DNA of 64,000 nucleotides from Girardia tigrina. Its lineage: Eukaryota. Below are positions 13,301 through 25,380 of the stretch, in pieces. Below the pieces are notes generated by a model that was given only the letters and a program-made list of their open reading frames with translations, was not told the origin of the DNA and searched no databases. The stretch is taken from contig MQRK01252658.1 in the NCBI GenBank assembly GCA_001938485.1, forward strand, positions 1-64,000. The letters run 5' to 3'. Made by a program: the position numbers and the translations under genes. Positions within the stretch are counted from its first letter, which is position 1. Each line of letters opens with the position of its first letter.

Positions 13301-14280
13301 TCCTGATTTTAGACGACTTGACAACGCCTCTAACTACGATTGAACAGCTGCAGCACGAATCTACAAACATGCTCACCATCACACCATTCACTTCCACAAC
13401 AAACCCTGGCAACTGCGCAGTCTTCGGCGGAGAAACAGCTGCGCATTTCTGTTACAGACTCGCCCCAAAGATCTGCAGAATTTGGCTATGGGCCCCACGG
13501 TATTACATTTAAAACATCGTCTTCTGTTCCGCAAGTTATGACTCACCTCATCGACTGATGCTCCTGGGGGTTCCAGTTCCTCTGTAACTCGACGTGACCG
13601 TGGAATTCTCACACGAAAATTTGACAGTAACTTCTGCGTTATCCCGACCAAATACGCCTCTGATTTAACGATTGACATTGCCATTACGATAATCTCGGCC
13701 AATTACAAATCTTCTATGAAACACGCAGATCTGATTTGCTACTTTGCAAAATCCGGCTAGCCTCGAATCAACACACTTTTTATGCATTCATCGCTTGACT
13801 TACAATCAATAATATGCACTAACCTCTTGATATCGGCAACGTATACATCTATTGGTTCAACGCCTGCGAATTTTCTGTGACAGAGTTCTTCAAACGCGAT
13901 AACTCGATCTATGCAAAATGCTTTTTCAAGTGCACCACTCAATCGTCAATGTCCGTTTTCTTCTCATCAACCAGTCCGTCATATACAAGAAATGCCCATT
14001 TGGATAAGAACAGTGGTAATATAGTATCCAAATCGGATAGCTTCTGCAAACGCGCTACCAACTCGAACTTGGAGATCCACTCTGAAAAATCCTCGATCCC
14101 GTCGTAGCATTTGACGATATTTCCTAATTTCACCGACATTTGCCGCGATAGCTTGTATTTAATAACAAATTACAGCTAGAGAGGTAAAATAACAACTGCC
14201 TTTAAAGTTCGCGCTCGCAATCAACTTAATGTGACAATAAAAAAACATTTCATAATTCCAGTTTATTCATCGTCATCACA
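10322..14280 (-). mobile_element. Compact full-length LTR retrotransposon (gag-PR-RT-RH-INT order, Ty3/Gypsy-like), frameshifted
   Basis: TG...CA LTRs at 10322-10441 and 14154-14280, and a 5-bp TSD AGATT (10317-10321, 14281-14285). gag starts at 14139 and has a degenerate zinc knuckle CFKCNTVGPIAKFC. Protease VDSC, RT DLKTAY / LGFGLNVAP / YVDEII, RNase H WCDTS / HINLAE, integrase CDNG / SGNGVVER. Confidence 0.93.
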
Positions 14281-16107
14281 AGATTTAAGTTCCAATCGTC
14301 TGTTGAATCTATTTATTTAAATTTTAATGAAATTATTAATATTGATTTTGATAATTTTAAAAACACGCTTTTTAAGAGTACATCAGATTATTTAAACAAA
14401 AATCAGAAACAGTGTCATAGAGATTTTTCTATTTAAAAAAACCTGTCAAAAAAGACATTATTGTTTGTAAATTTGATAAAGGTAATGGTTTAGTTGTGTT
14501 GGATAAATCTGGTTATCTTAATAAGCTTCATGAAGTGTAAGAAGGTCCACAATTCAAAAAATTAGATAATTTTCGTAAAAATGAGAAACTTCCCCCATTG
14601 AAAGATGAGGAATTTCTACGTTCTCTTTTAAGTAAACTTTTTAACAACGGTCACATGGATAAGGATGGTATTCCAATAAGACATGTTTTATCGATGATTC
14701 AAACATCTCAATACTGTATTGCAAAATTTTTGGATTCGAAATTAAAACGTTTGGTTTCCTCTGAGTGTAAGGATAGCTATGAATTTGTTGAATTTATTTC
14801 AAACTTTGATTTGGGTAATAAAATGAATTCATGGTATCTTTTGACATTGTAAGTCTCTTCACCAATGTCCCATTGATGGAAATAATTTATCCGTGTTGTG
14901 ATGTCTGGAAATGTAATAGTGGTGAGCATTATAGGTTTGATGAGTTTGCTTTTCGTGAATTACTTACTTTTGCAACATCAAATGTTCATTTTTTTGTTTA
15001 ACGATAATTGGTATAAACAGGTAGATGGTGTTGCCATGGGTTCTCCTTTGGCACTAACACTTGCATCCATTTTTCTATCTAACAGTGAAAATAAAATTCA
15101 TTTGTTTTCGGGTGTTATACCTTTAGCTTATTAAACGATATTTTGATGATATTTTTCTTGTTTTCAAAGAACGTGAAAATATGTTGCCGTTTTTAGCTTA
15201 TATGAATTCTCTTCATTATAATATTGTTTTCACGGTTGAGCTTGAGAAGAATGGTGTTTTACCATTTTTAGATTTGTTAATTGAGAGAAAAGGTAGTCGT
15301 TACGAGACAGAGATTTATAGAAAGGAAACAGATACAGGATTATATACTAATATCAAAAGTTTCTGTGAAAATAAGTATAATAGAAGTATGATAAAAGGTT
15401 TTTTATTTAGGTGTTGGTCTCTATCATCCACATATGAAAAAGCAGATGCAAGAATAGATAAACTAACGGAACTATTGCAGAACAAAAAGGGCTATTCGAA
15501 ATCATTTTTCGAGAAACTAACTAATGAGACGATAGATTGATTAATGAATAAAGAAAATGAGGGTAAATACGAATTAAAACCCGATAAATTATCGAATGAA
15601 AATTCTAATATTGGATATACACTAATCGTTCCTTATTCAGAAGGTTACAGAAAATTTAAAACGTCCATTTTAAAATCAATAGATAGTAAAAATTTGAATT
15701 TAAAATGTTTTTCTAAATCTTACAAAATTCAAAGTATGTTCATCAATAAATCTGGTTAATCAATTTTCGTGTAATGAGTGCAACGTCACATAGATTGGAG
15801 AGACGTCTCGTCATCTCTGTAAACGGATTCAATAGCATGGACGATCGGATAATGGTAGTAATATTGCTGGGCTCATGAAGATTTGTAGATCGGAGATGAA
15901 AACAACTAATTTTAAAATATCTTGCAGTAATTTTAAAAAAATATTGTGAGTTACTTGTGAGGTATTATTGATTAAATCACTCAATCCGTCCATTAATGTC
16001 CAAACAAGTCTCTGCCACTTTTTTGAAAATGTTTAATTAGTTATTATATAAGATGTTCGCATAATCATCAATTTGCTCTATATAATACAGTAAAATTGTT
16101 GTTAATT

Positions 16108-16152
16108 CAGCCTGAAGATGGTGGAAAATCCATCAAAATATATTGCGACAAT
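16108..16152 (+). ncRNA. Degenerate minimal hammerhead ribozyme at the Penelope 3' end
   Basis: CAGC-CTGAAGA-TGG..CCATC-aAAA-TATA-TT-GC, with core GAAA mutated to AAAA. It lies just downstream of the GIY-YIG stop, where Penelope pLTRs carry hammerheads. Confidence 0.6.
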
Positions 16153-16202
16153 AAAATTGATTTTAATAAATTATAATAATTACGATTTAAAAATTAAAAC
16201 AT

Positions 16203-16259
16203 AAACTTTTAAAGATGAAAATTCAGCTCACCCGTCATATATGACGGATCTTTTTCTAG
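16203..16259 (+). mobile_element. Helitron 3' terminus
   Basis: 16-bp palindrome CCGTCATATATGACGG (16232-16247), then CTAG|T 8 nt later. A near-identical copy lies at 35584-35640. Confidence 0.8.
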
Positions 16260-17288
16260 TTTTATGTTATAGTTAAGTAGAATATCAAGGAACAAATGAG
16301 AATCTAGAATCATGCAGATAATCCTCGCACCACGTAAGAATATTATCACTAAGCAATGTGATGAATAAAAGCAAAAACAATACTACACTAACTATATAAT
16401 AAAAACGCTAAATAACATCTAAATAAGAACGACATAAAATAAAAAAACCTGTTACAGAACACCCATATTGACTGTCACATCAGTAGCATCAAGCGAGTCT
16501 CTTCCATCATCAAACAGCAAACACCCGAATCGCGCCCCAACAAATACAAAAATCGCACAAAAAACATCAATAAAACAATAAATAATGAGGTCACATTCAT
16601 TATTGTTATATATTTATCAAACATACACTACAAATCGTTTCTATAATATATAAAAAACTCTTTCCTACACAATACTCAAATGGAATCTCTAAACAATGTT
16701 GTATTCTAGTCCGATAAATCTTCTTATATGATAATAATAGTAGAAGTTGTCAGTTGCAATCGAAAACAATTAACGACAAAAACAAACGCCATCAACAATA
16801 TCAATAAATATTGAAGCTAATAAAGGATGATAATTGAGAGAGTGAAGTCAGAGATCGGACGGGGAGCGCGCCTCTGACACAACAGATTGCTCCGTCCAAT
16901 TCAGAATTATCAACACTCACAGTCATCAACAATCATCAGTTTCACTGAGGCACTAACAAGGCTTGTCGATCCAGAACCGTGACTGTTTTGCCATTATCAT
17001 CACCATTGACATCATTATGATTATTGTTTGAAGAGAGAATATCGATTCATCAAATATATAATAAATGCATTCGAGAATAAACAATAGATAAATAATTTCA
17101 ACAATAATTAAAATAAAACACAAAATAACAGACTAGTGTTGATCAGCGAGCGACTAGAGCCAGAGAGACAGGTCACAAACAAATCTCAAACAACTATCAA
17201 GCTATTGTTAATATATTATTATTATTATTATTTGATATACTATCAGTTTATTTTTTGTATTTTTGTATTAATTGTTGATATATTTGAC

Positions 17289-17469
17289 TTAATCGACGAG
17301 CAATTCGAATTGGAGTAAATCACTCTGAAATTTCACGTTAATAAATGTACATTTCACCATTATCAACATGTTCTTCTTCGGAGTGACAAATTGGGCGGCC
17401 ACGATCGGGGACAGATAACCATCTTGTCCAATGTACGGATAGAAATTATGGTCGAAGAGGCCAGCATAT
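17289..17469 (-). CDS. ATP1B: Na+/K+-ATPase beta subunit, last exon
   Basis: Acceptor tttcAG; the exon starts with 1 nt completing a Gly codon. Encodes YAGLFDHNFYPYIGQDGYLSPIVAAQF...VKCTF...FELLVD*, containing the YPY / YLSP.VA.QF signature and the sixth Cys. Confidence 0.93.
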
Positions 17470-17844
17470 CTGAAAGATTCGGGATAAAACAACGACATCG
17501 ATTTGGAATATTTTCAAATGATTATATCAAGGTTAATTAAAATGGTAAATTATACATAATTGGGGAAAATAAAATGTATTTCAAAAAATATTTTAGCAAC
17601 AAGCCATTGAATGAAAATAAATTTAATTCATTTGATTTTAAAATTAAATTAATTTATATCATATGATCATAATTTGTCATATATTTTGATTTACTACACG
17701 AAGGAATGCTACTCGATGATGAAAATAATCTCTCGAAACGCATTGTCTTATTACTGTCAATATGTCAATAGTTTGGCACCCATCATCAGAACAAATTAAT
17801 ATTAAAAAGATAAGGGTTTAGTCAAGACATTAATTGTATAAATA

Positions 17845-19062
17845 CAGTAACTTCCGGATATAATAAAGTGCCTTTTGCAAGAAGAAAATTTATTATAACC
17901 GGATTTTATAATAGCCGATTTCCAGAAAATGGAACATACAATACAGTACTTAGTTAAATGTTACTCTCTAAAATAACCATTTAAACACGCAACTATATCG
18001 ACGAGCTGTCCAAATTACAATAATCACCTCACTCAATCAAACCAAAATACTAAGTGGCATACCGTACCTTTTATTTGTAAAATTTAGAGAACACTTAGAT
18101 GTGACACAAAATTGAGTAAAGAAAAATCGAAATCAGTGGTAGTTTGCGTTTTACTGTTGAATGCAGTGGTTGTGACAGAAAATCGCAGATTGTCTAAATT
18201 TCTGAAATAATCTATAGAGGAGAAATGCTTTAACAGATAGAGACGGACTTTATGTTTGAAGAGTTTCAGTGTTTGATGGGATTTGATCACTAGCATCACC
18301 GGAACTTTCATCATCAAAAAAATCACTCACGGTCTCACCCTTTAATGAAAACAGATAATGTGTTGTCGAATAAACCACATAAGTTTCTTAGTTAGAGCTT
18401 ACTTGGATTGTTTAAGTTTTAACATAACTGAAAGCATAACTGAGTGGCTAGCAACAAGCGACATGCAACACAGCAAATTTTATTTTGAATTTTTGATGTT
18501 TTGTGTTTGATTGTTGCATGTTGATTTATAATTGTGTCTCTCCTACCCAGATGGCTGATTAATATTTTAATTTTTATTATCTAAAAATATGCATTGTTTA
18601 AATTTATTTTTAATTTAAAATAATTGTAAAATTTTAAAAAGTCAATTAATTTTTACAATTTTTAATAAATAAATCAAATTAATATTTTTAAAATAATTAA
18701 TAGTCATTTTAAATTTTATCCAAAAAGTTTCGAGTAAATATTTTAATAAATTATTTATTTCTCCATTTGTTAAAAAAATAAAAATCAAGTCATTAATCAA
18801 TTTAGTTAGAATGTACTCGAACGAAAGTTTTGACAAAGATTATCTTAAGGACAATCAAACTTGTTATGTTAATAAAAGTATGAAAAGTCGAATTGGTGTT
18901 CTTAATAATAGCCGATCGCAATCATTTTTATTTTGGCTTCAGCAGACTGAAAAATATTTTATAACAACCGATTTTATATTAATCGATTAAAAGTACAAAC
19001 ATTTTTGGTGCCATGAAATAATTTTACTATATCCGACTTTTTATTATATCCGGAAGATACTG
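17845..19062. mobile_element. pogo/Tigger-type non-autonomous element with a nested LINE 3' UTR fragment
   Basis: TIR CAGTAACTTCCGGATATAATAAA / TTTATTATATCCGGAAGATACTG, flanked by TA. Confidence 0.82.
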
Positions 19063-19929
19063 TATCTTGTATATATCGCTTCGGTTATAAGACAAAAGTG
19101 CACAAAGCATTTTGACATGCAAATATATTTTTATATCCTCATCCGGAGTACTTAGGCTTTTTATTTGCCGAATGATATTTAAAAATATTTTTAATTTAAT
19201 ATTGACTAAAAATATCAAAAATATTGAAATCATCTAAAACGAATATACATCAAACTGACGTAAGTATTTGAAGTTATCCACTTCTTCATTATATATTTGT
19301 ACAAATACTGGTGACATATTCGAATATATTGACCTAATTTCGTTTATTCTTATCTCTGCAAGTCTTGTATCCATATATCAATTTATAACAGAAAATTCAT
19401 ATGTAAAGCACCAAGTAAAAACAATATTGGTGGATTATTACAGAGCATGTAATTAATCATTGAATCTTGATCATTTTCATATATACTTTTTAGGTTGGAC
19501 ATTTATATTTTCCTAATTATGCTTTTCATGTCTCCTGGAAATTTACATAAATTACGTAGTACGGTATAAAAGTGATATAAATTAAAAATGAAATTATTAT
19601 TAACATGTAAAATAATATTAATAAATTTTAATAATCATATCTAACAACGAAATTGATGAAATTAAATTTTATTGTAATTTTAATATATGCGAAGGATTTC
19701 GCAGCATTTCCAGACTTAATGAACGACAATTATGTTGTCTTATATTATTGAGTTACCATGAAAGTTTTGCATCTTTAGATATGAACACTTTTCATCGCAT
19801 TTTTCTTAATAAAATAATCCCTTAATAATTTTTTAAAATACCGTTTTATAGCAAGTTTATTGCTTTATTTGTGTGGCACTTTAATTTTTCAAAAACGTAA
19901 TTTTTTCGTGCTTTCTCAAAATTTTAAAA

Positions 19930-20180
19930 GAACAATTTCAGGCAATTTTGAGACCAAAGCGCTGCAAAGACGCCACGAAAAGATTAATACTGTTTATGGT
20001 ACCAATATTATCGACAAAACAACTGTGCAACGTTGGTTCCAAAAATTTCGTTCCGAAGATTTTTGGTCTTGAAGATGCACCACAGGTCGACCTACAGTTA
20101 TTGAAGATGACGAAATGAGAGCCTTTGTCGAAGCTGACTAATCTCAGATAGTTAGAGGTATTGTGGAAAAACTCCTCCCG
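19930..20180 (+). mobile_element. mariner transposase HTH fragment
   Basis: INTVYGTNIIDKTTVQRWFQKFRS..LEDAP.GRPTVIEDDEMRAFVEAD, resembling the Mos1/SETMAR N-terminus. Confidence 0.8.
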
Positions 20181-23000
20181 TGCAATATGGTTAGAAGCTT
20201 ATGTGCTTGAAATGCTTAAACGAAAACATTACTTTAAGTATTTCTGTAAAAATAAATTTGAATATTTTATAATATGTCAAAAGTTTATGTCTTCTATCTT
20301 ATTCTTCAGATAATTTCTGCTAGATGTACAGTTTTAATACTTTCAAAAATCAGTTTATTTTAAGTAAAAATTAGAAAATTTTCAACAATAATTCATTAAA
20401 ATGTTATTTTTTTGAAGTTTTCATAAGCAGAAGGGAGTTGATTAACTAATAAATATATGAAATCTAAATCAACCTGAGCGTATTGCTTCCATTAGAATCA
20501 AAACATTTAAACACAAAATAATCGATTTATTAATTATTATTTATAAAACATGAATTGTAGAGAGATAAAAAGCGTCTTATAAGACAGGCGTATAAAAGAA
20601 AGTAACAACAAGGTTTACTTCGAAGAAACTCATGCAAAATCAAACTAACTTGTATCAAACCAAAAGCTTCATCGGTCCTTAAGGACTAAAAATGCAGGTA
20701 ATATTTTAAATGTTATAATTTTAATGGCTGTCTATAAATTACATGTGTTAGGGTTTCGAAAAATACATATGAACACTTGATAAAATTTTATGTAGAAAAA
20801 TTTTTAAAATAATTCTTTTGGTAAAATTATTAATTTTAAACAAAATAATATTTAATTTAACAAAATTTGGAATTCAAAATTAAAAATATTTTAGTCTTTG
20901 TTTTATTTTATCAATTTTCAAGGCTGATGAAAACTACTATATAAACAACAGCAAATTTAGTTTAGTTTGCCCAAAAAATTCTCTCAACAAAACAAAAGTC
21001 AGGAAGTAAGTAAAATTATTATCAAGAATTATTTTTATTTATTATTCTTTTAAAATATACTTTCTTTTTTAAAAACCATAAGTATCCCGTATGGGAGAAC
21101 AAGGGTTTTTAAGTTTGTAATCAAATCGTCGTTCGTTTTGGAGATTCACAGTCTTTACTGTAATCTGTTAACTCGCACGAAATATTGACTTGTGTTTGTG
21201 TTCTGTCATCAAGAATTGAATTATTATTATTATTGTTGACTTGTTAATTTTTGTTATTTGAAATAAAGTTTCATAAAAGAATTTGTGTTCATTGTCTTTA
21301 TATTTATGTTGGAAGCCCTTTCTGAATAATTGGAGTCAGATTAAAGATTAAAGAATAAAGATTTTTGTTTAAAAAGTAAATATTTAGATTAAAGATTTGA
21401 ATACCCAACACATGTTCAGGAATAATGCTGTTACAAATTTGTACGACTAAAAATATAATTTATTATAATAATTTAACTTAAAATAATGCATAAATAGACA
21501 TGTAACCAACTAGAATATAATAAAATAATCTAATTTTCAAATGACATTAGCTAATTTTACGATACATTGTTAAAAGGAAATGTGTCTCTCGTTTTCGTAT
21601 AATAAAACAAAGCGACTGTTCAAAAGTAAAAAAAATAATTTCCCTATAATTCAAGCTGCTGTCAGCCGTACAGTCGGTTTCAGATTAAAATGTCACCATG
21701 TTTCTATATTCTGCTAATGTGAGACAGAGTTTTCCAACTTTTACCAAAACAAATTTCCCTGGTTTTGCTTAAACTGAAATAATTAAAACACATTCATTCT
21801 TTTTGTCACTGATAATTAGGCAAACAGTTTATATTAAATGAAAGGACTAAGAGCAATTTGCTAATATTTTCTATTAGAACAGTCTAAAAGATAATAAAAT
21901 GATCGTACGAAAAAAAATCAATAAATCTTCATATAAATGTAAAGTAGATTGTTTGAAAAAGCAGAAAATTCTAAATTTATCAAAAAAATCTATTTTTAAA
22001 TGTCTCTTTTTGCGATGTCGAGACAAATGTGGCATGAAAAACAATTACTCTATTATGTTTCAAGATTTACGCACAAGTTACTTTGTAGAAAATTCCCTTT
22101 AATTAATGTAGGAAGAGCCCATTAGTATGTGACCAGCGGTGATGATTCGCGGGGAATATTACTGGGCTCGTTACAAACATATTATTGCTTTTCTTTTAAG
22201 AATAGACTGTGGGATAATAAAACGATCAGCATACTCTTCGTGGAGCTTTTTGCAACAATATATTTCATTATTATATTATCTAAAAGTAATAATAATATAT
22301 TTGAATCTTTAATTCTAGCATATTAACATAATGTATTAATATTATTTTAGAAAAATATTCATCAAAATAATCGAAAACGTTAAGTAAGCTTAAAGATTTC
22401 TGTTTCCTTTTACTTTCTTTTATTTAGGTTCTAAAATCAAAACAGTCTAAAAGAATGTTCTCCCTTTCGATATTGAATCAATGTTGATCAGTTTGGTTAT
22501 CAACTGGTCATAAGAATAATTGAAAATCATATTTAAAATGTTTCCTTTTTAATATTTTGTTTTATTTCAGAAAATTTTAATTTTTTTAATAATTTCAAAG
22601 ATTAATTTGCTTAGCCAACTGAAAAAGACTATTTTAATAGAGATTAAAAGATTAAAATTTTCAAAAATACTAAAAATAGAAAATTTTTAAAATATTTTTT
22701 AAATATTTAAACCGATAAACTTCAAACAACCGTTATTCATTTAAAAATAATATTATATTTTATTAGTAATGAGTGAGTCGAAATATATAAAGGACTTAAA
22801 AATATTAGAACATGTTTTGATCTATGTTAACCATAGTATATAATATAATGGACTAAAAAAATTATTTGCACGTCACACTCAAAGGTTACTGAGACCAACT
22901 TTTTTAACGCTTTATTTTTGATTATTTTATAATTATTTTGAGTGTATATGTTGATGGGTTTTAGAATTTTTATTTACGGAAAAGAACAACATTTTTTCAG

Positions 23001-23039
<39 letters not shown>

Positions 23040-23042
<3 letters not shown>

Positions 23043-24180
23043 GCAAAAAAATTATCAGAAAGTCGCTGTAGGACGCAACATTGTAAATATGTTAATGCAG
23101 TCACTTAATGGTTTCGCAGATAGCAATCTCTGCCAGGTACTCTTAGTCAAAACCGAATTTCTTGAACAAATGAATAATACTACAGTGGCTTAGTTATTTG
23201 GTCGATAACTGACATGGACGTCGACTTTAACGACGTGATGGTATTCGTTTCAGACAACGCAGCGTATATGAAGAAAGGTTTTGCTGGCGATTCGAAAGGC
23301 ATTCTTTCGAACGCAGTTCATAAAATGCTTGACACATATTATGTTTCTGATCAGTGAGCAGTTTTGTGAACCCCTAAAATTAACAGACAATCTTTGGCAA
23401 CTGTAAAATCTCTTTTTCGAAGGCCCCTGTACGCTGGACTCAATACTTGTGCCATTTACGTCAACAACGAGTTGTTAACCTATCGATGCCTCCGAATCTT
23501 GTTGTCAGACGTTGGAATACTTGGTTTGAAGCAAAGCTGTACCATGGCGAGCATCTGGATTACTATGCTTCATTCGGATGAAGAAGTTCTCCAGTCTTTT
23601 GGAGAATTGGATTTTCTTGCGGTTTACCATGAGAGACTGATTTGTGTTTTGTAATCTCGGCAGTCAACAGAGGTCCAGGCTGTCAGCATATACAATGAAA
23701 TAACATATCTCTTGTCAAAGCTCCGCCACGTAGGATTTTCATACAACACAAAAATCTGCGAAGAAGCGATAGTGAATGTTGCAGCAAAGCTGTCCGAGTA
23801 CGTTGAATGTACTAAATAACCTGTCATCTACCTTTTCAAAAGCATTTGAATGTTTGAGCACAAACAACTGTCGTTGCTATTTCGTGAAATAAGCTACTTA
23901 AACATTATATTGCTGTTCGCAGCGGTAGACGAATGACAAATATATCTTGACGTGGTTGCTCGATAGGATTTATGTGAAGATGCGTTGTCTTTCTGGAATG
24001 TACTTGCAGATAGACTTCGGAAAATAATCGCATTGGCAGGAGTGTATCTGGTTATTCCAGTGTCGTCCGTAGACGTAGAACGCTTATTTACCAAGTAAGG
24101 CTTTGTTCTGAAGCCGTTGAGATTGTCATTGGCACGAGAGAACATGATGGTTTACTGTTCCGTATTTTATAACAATAGTT
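23040..24180 (+). mobile_element. hAT-family (CGGBP1/DUF659-like) transposase remnant
   Basis: Motifs FVSDNAAYMKK, RRWNTWFEA, LSFWNVL and IPVSSVDVERLF across frameshifts. It begins directly after a (TA)n run. Confidence 0.75.
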
Positions 24181-24278
24181 AGTCGACTTTAGCCTAATGT
24201 AATGTTTTGTTTATAGTTGATGACTCAACAATAATGATTAATGAAATTATGGGTGATAGATTGATTACTCATCTTTGA

Positions 24279-25380
24279 GGGATACAATATCTCTCGCCGG
24301 AAACTAGAGTCACCTTCTCTAGGCTAAATGAACGATGAAGCTTCTGGGACTAACCATTCTGTTCGCGGATTAACTCGTTTCTACTGAAACTCAAACAAGG
24401 AGTCTGGCAGGACTCGCAGTCAATAATCTCCCGACTGGTTCCGGTGACACAGGAACCAACCTCGGAAAACTGTAAATCAGCACGTGGAATGTGTGTGGGC
24501 TCAACGACTAAAAGATTGTATCTATTACATAAGCTCTGAGAAGAACAAAAACAGAGGCGTGCATCCTAAACGAGACGCACTGTCTGGGAAATGAAACGAC
24601 CGAATACGATGGCTAGAAAATACTCCACAGTGTCAGTACCACTAGGGCACGTAAAGAAATTCGGAGTCGCGCTAATGATAAAAGAAGATGATCTGATGAA
24701 AATAACATTCACACCTGTTATTGATCGAATTTTTGCTTGCAGGTACATACGGAAAACAAAAGGAGCTGAATAGACATCTTAAGTGGGATCACACGGAATC
24801 AACAGTAAGTATCTCGCTTCAGCTCCCACAAGATGAAAAACCGTTCAAATGTACCAAATGCAACAAAAGTTACAAAACGAAAGGATGGTTCTCGAGGCAT
24901 CTGAGTAAAGATCATCGAATAAAAGTGAGGGAGAATATCAATGAACATCCGACAGAATCATCAGCGCAATCCAACAGAAGAAGCGACAATCCAGACAGAG
25001 ACGAAGAACTCACACTCATCTAAACGACCGACTTTCACCTAGCAAGAGTCACCCCGATTATTTCAACGCTGGTGGAGCAAACGACTTATCCCGAAGATAC
25101 ACATTTGTCTTTTATGATCGCACATCCAAATGCGAGGGGAGAGTTCAAATGTTCTTTTCGCGGTTGAACCAAGTCCACCAATACAACCAAATGGATGCTC
25201 AATCGTGGTACCACAATCCATGATTGATCGGTTGCAACAGGGAAGCCCAAGAAATTTCGGAGACTGAAGCACTCCATCGCCGTAAGGGGCTATCGGGGGC
25301 CAGCTAGCACACTTTAGTTTGGGTGGACCCTCTAAAGAGCCTAGTGGCTCAATACCATTCGAAATAGATTGGAGGCTCAC
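24279..25380 (+). mobile_element. Internally deleted RTE-like LINE (5' UTR + APE start fused to zinc-finger tail + 3' end)
   Basis: 12-bp TSD ACTCATCTTTGA (24267-24278, 25381-25392). APE start STWNVCGLN and C2H2 finger KPFKCTKCNKSYKTKGWFSRHLSKDH. The 3' end is shared with 55087-55179. No RT is present. Confidence 0.85.

Larger units (their letters stand above)
10020..16160 (+). mobile_element. Penelope-like element (RT + GIY-YIG), decayed, split by an LTR retrotransposon
   Basis: N-terminal LSKDELDLLKFGPKHG resumes after the insertion with FDKGNGLVVLDK. RT motifs: PIRHVLS, VSFDIVSLFTNVP, QVDGVAMGSPLA, RYFDDIF, LPFLDLLI, YRKETDTGLY. GIY-YIG motifs: CNECNVT*IGETSRHL and EVLLIKSLNPSINVQ. A hammerhead remnant follows at the 3' end. 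Confidence 0.9.

Noticed and set aside
17470-17498. MSLFYPESFR as part of the beta subunit
   Set aside because: It is intronic: the acceptor at 17470-17471 and the exon at 37112-37173 supply the real YFP segment in the correct phase.
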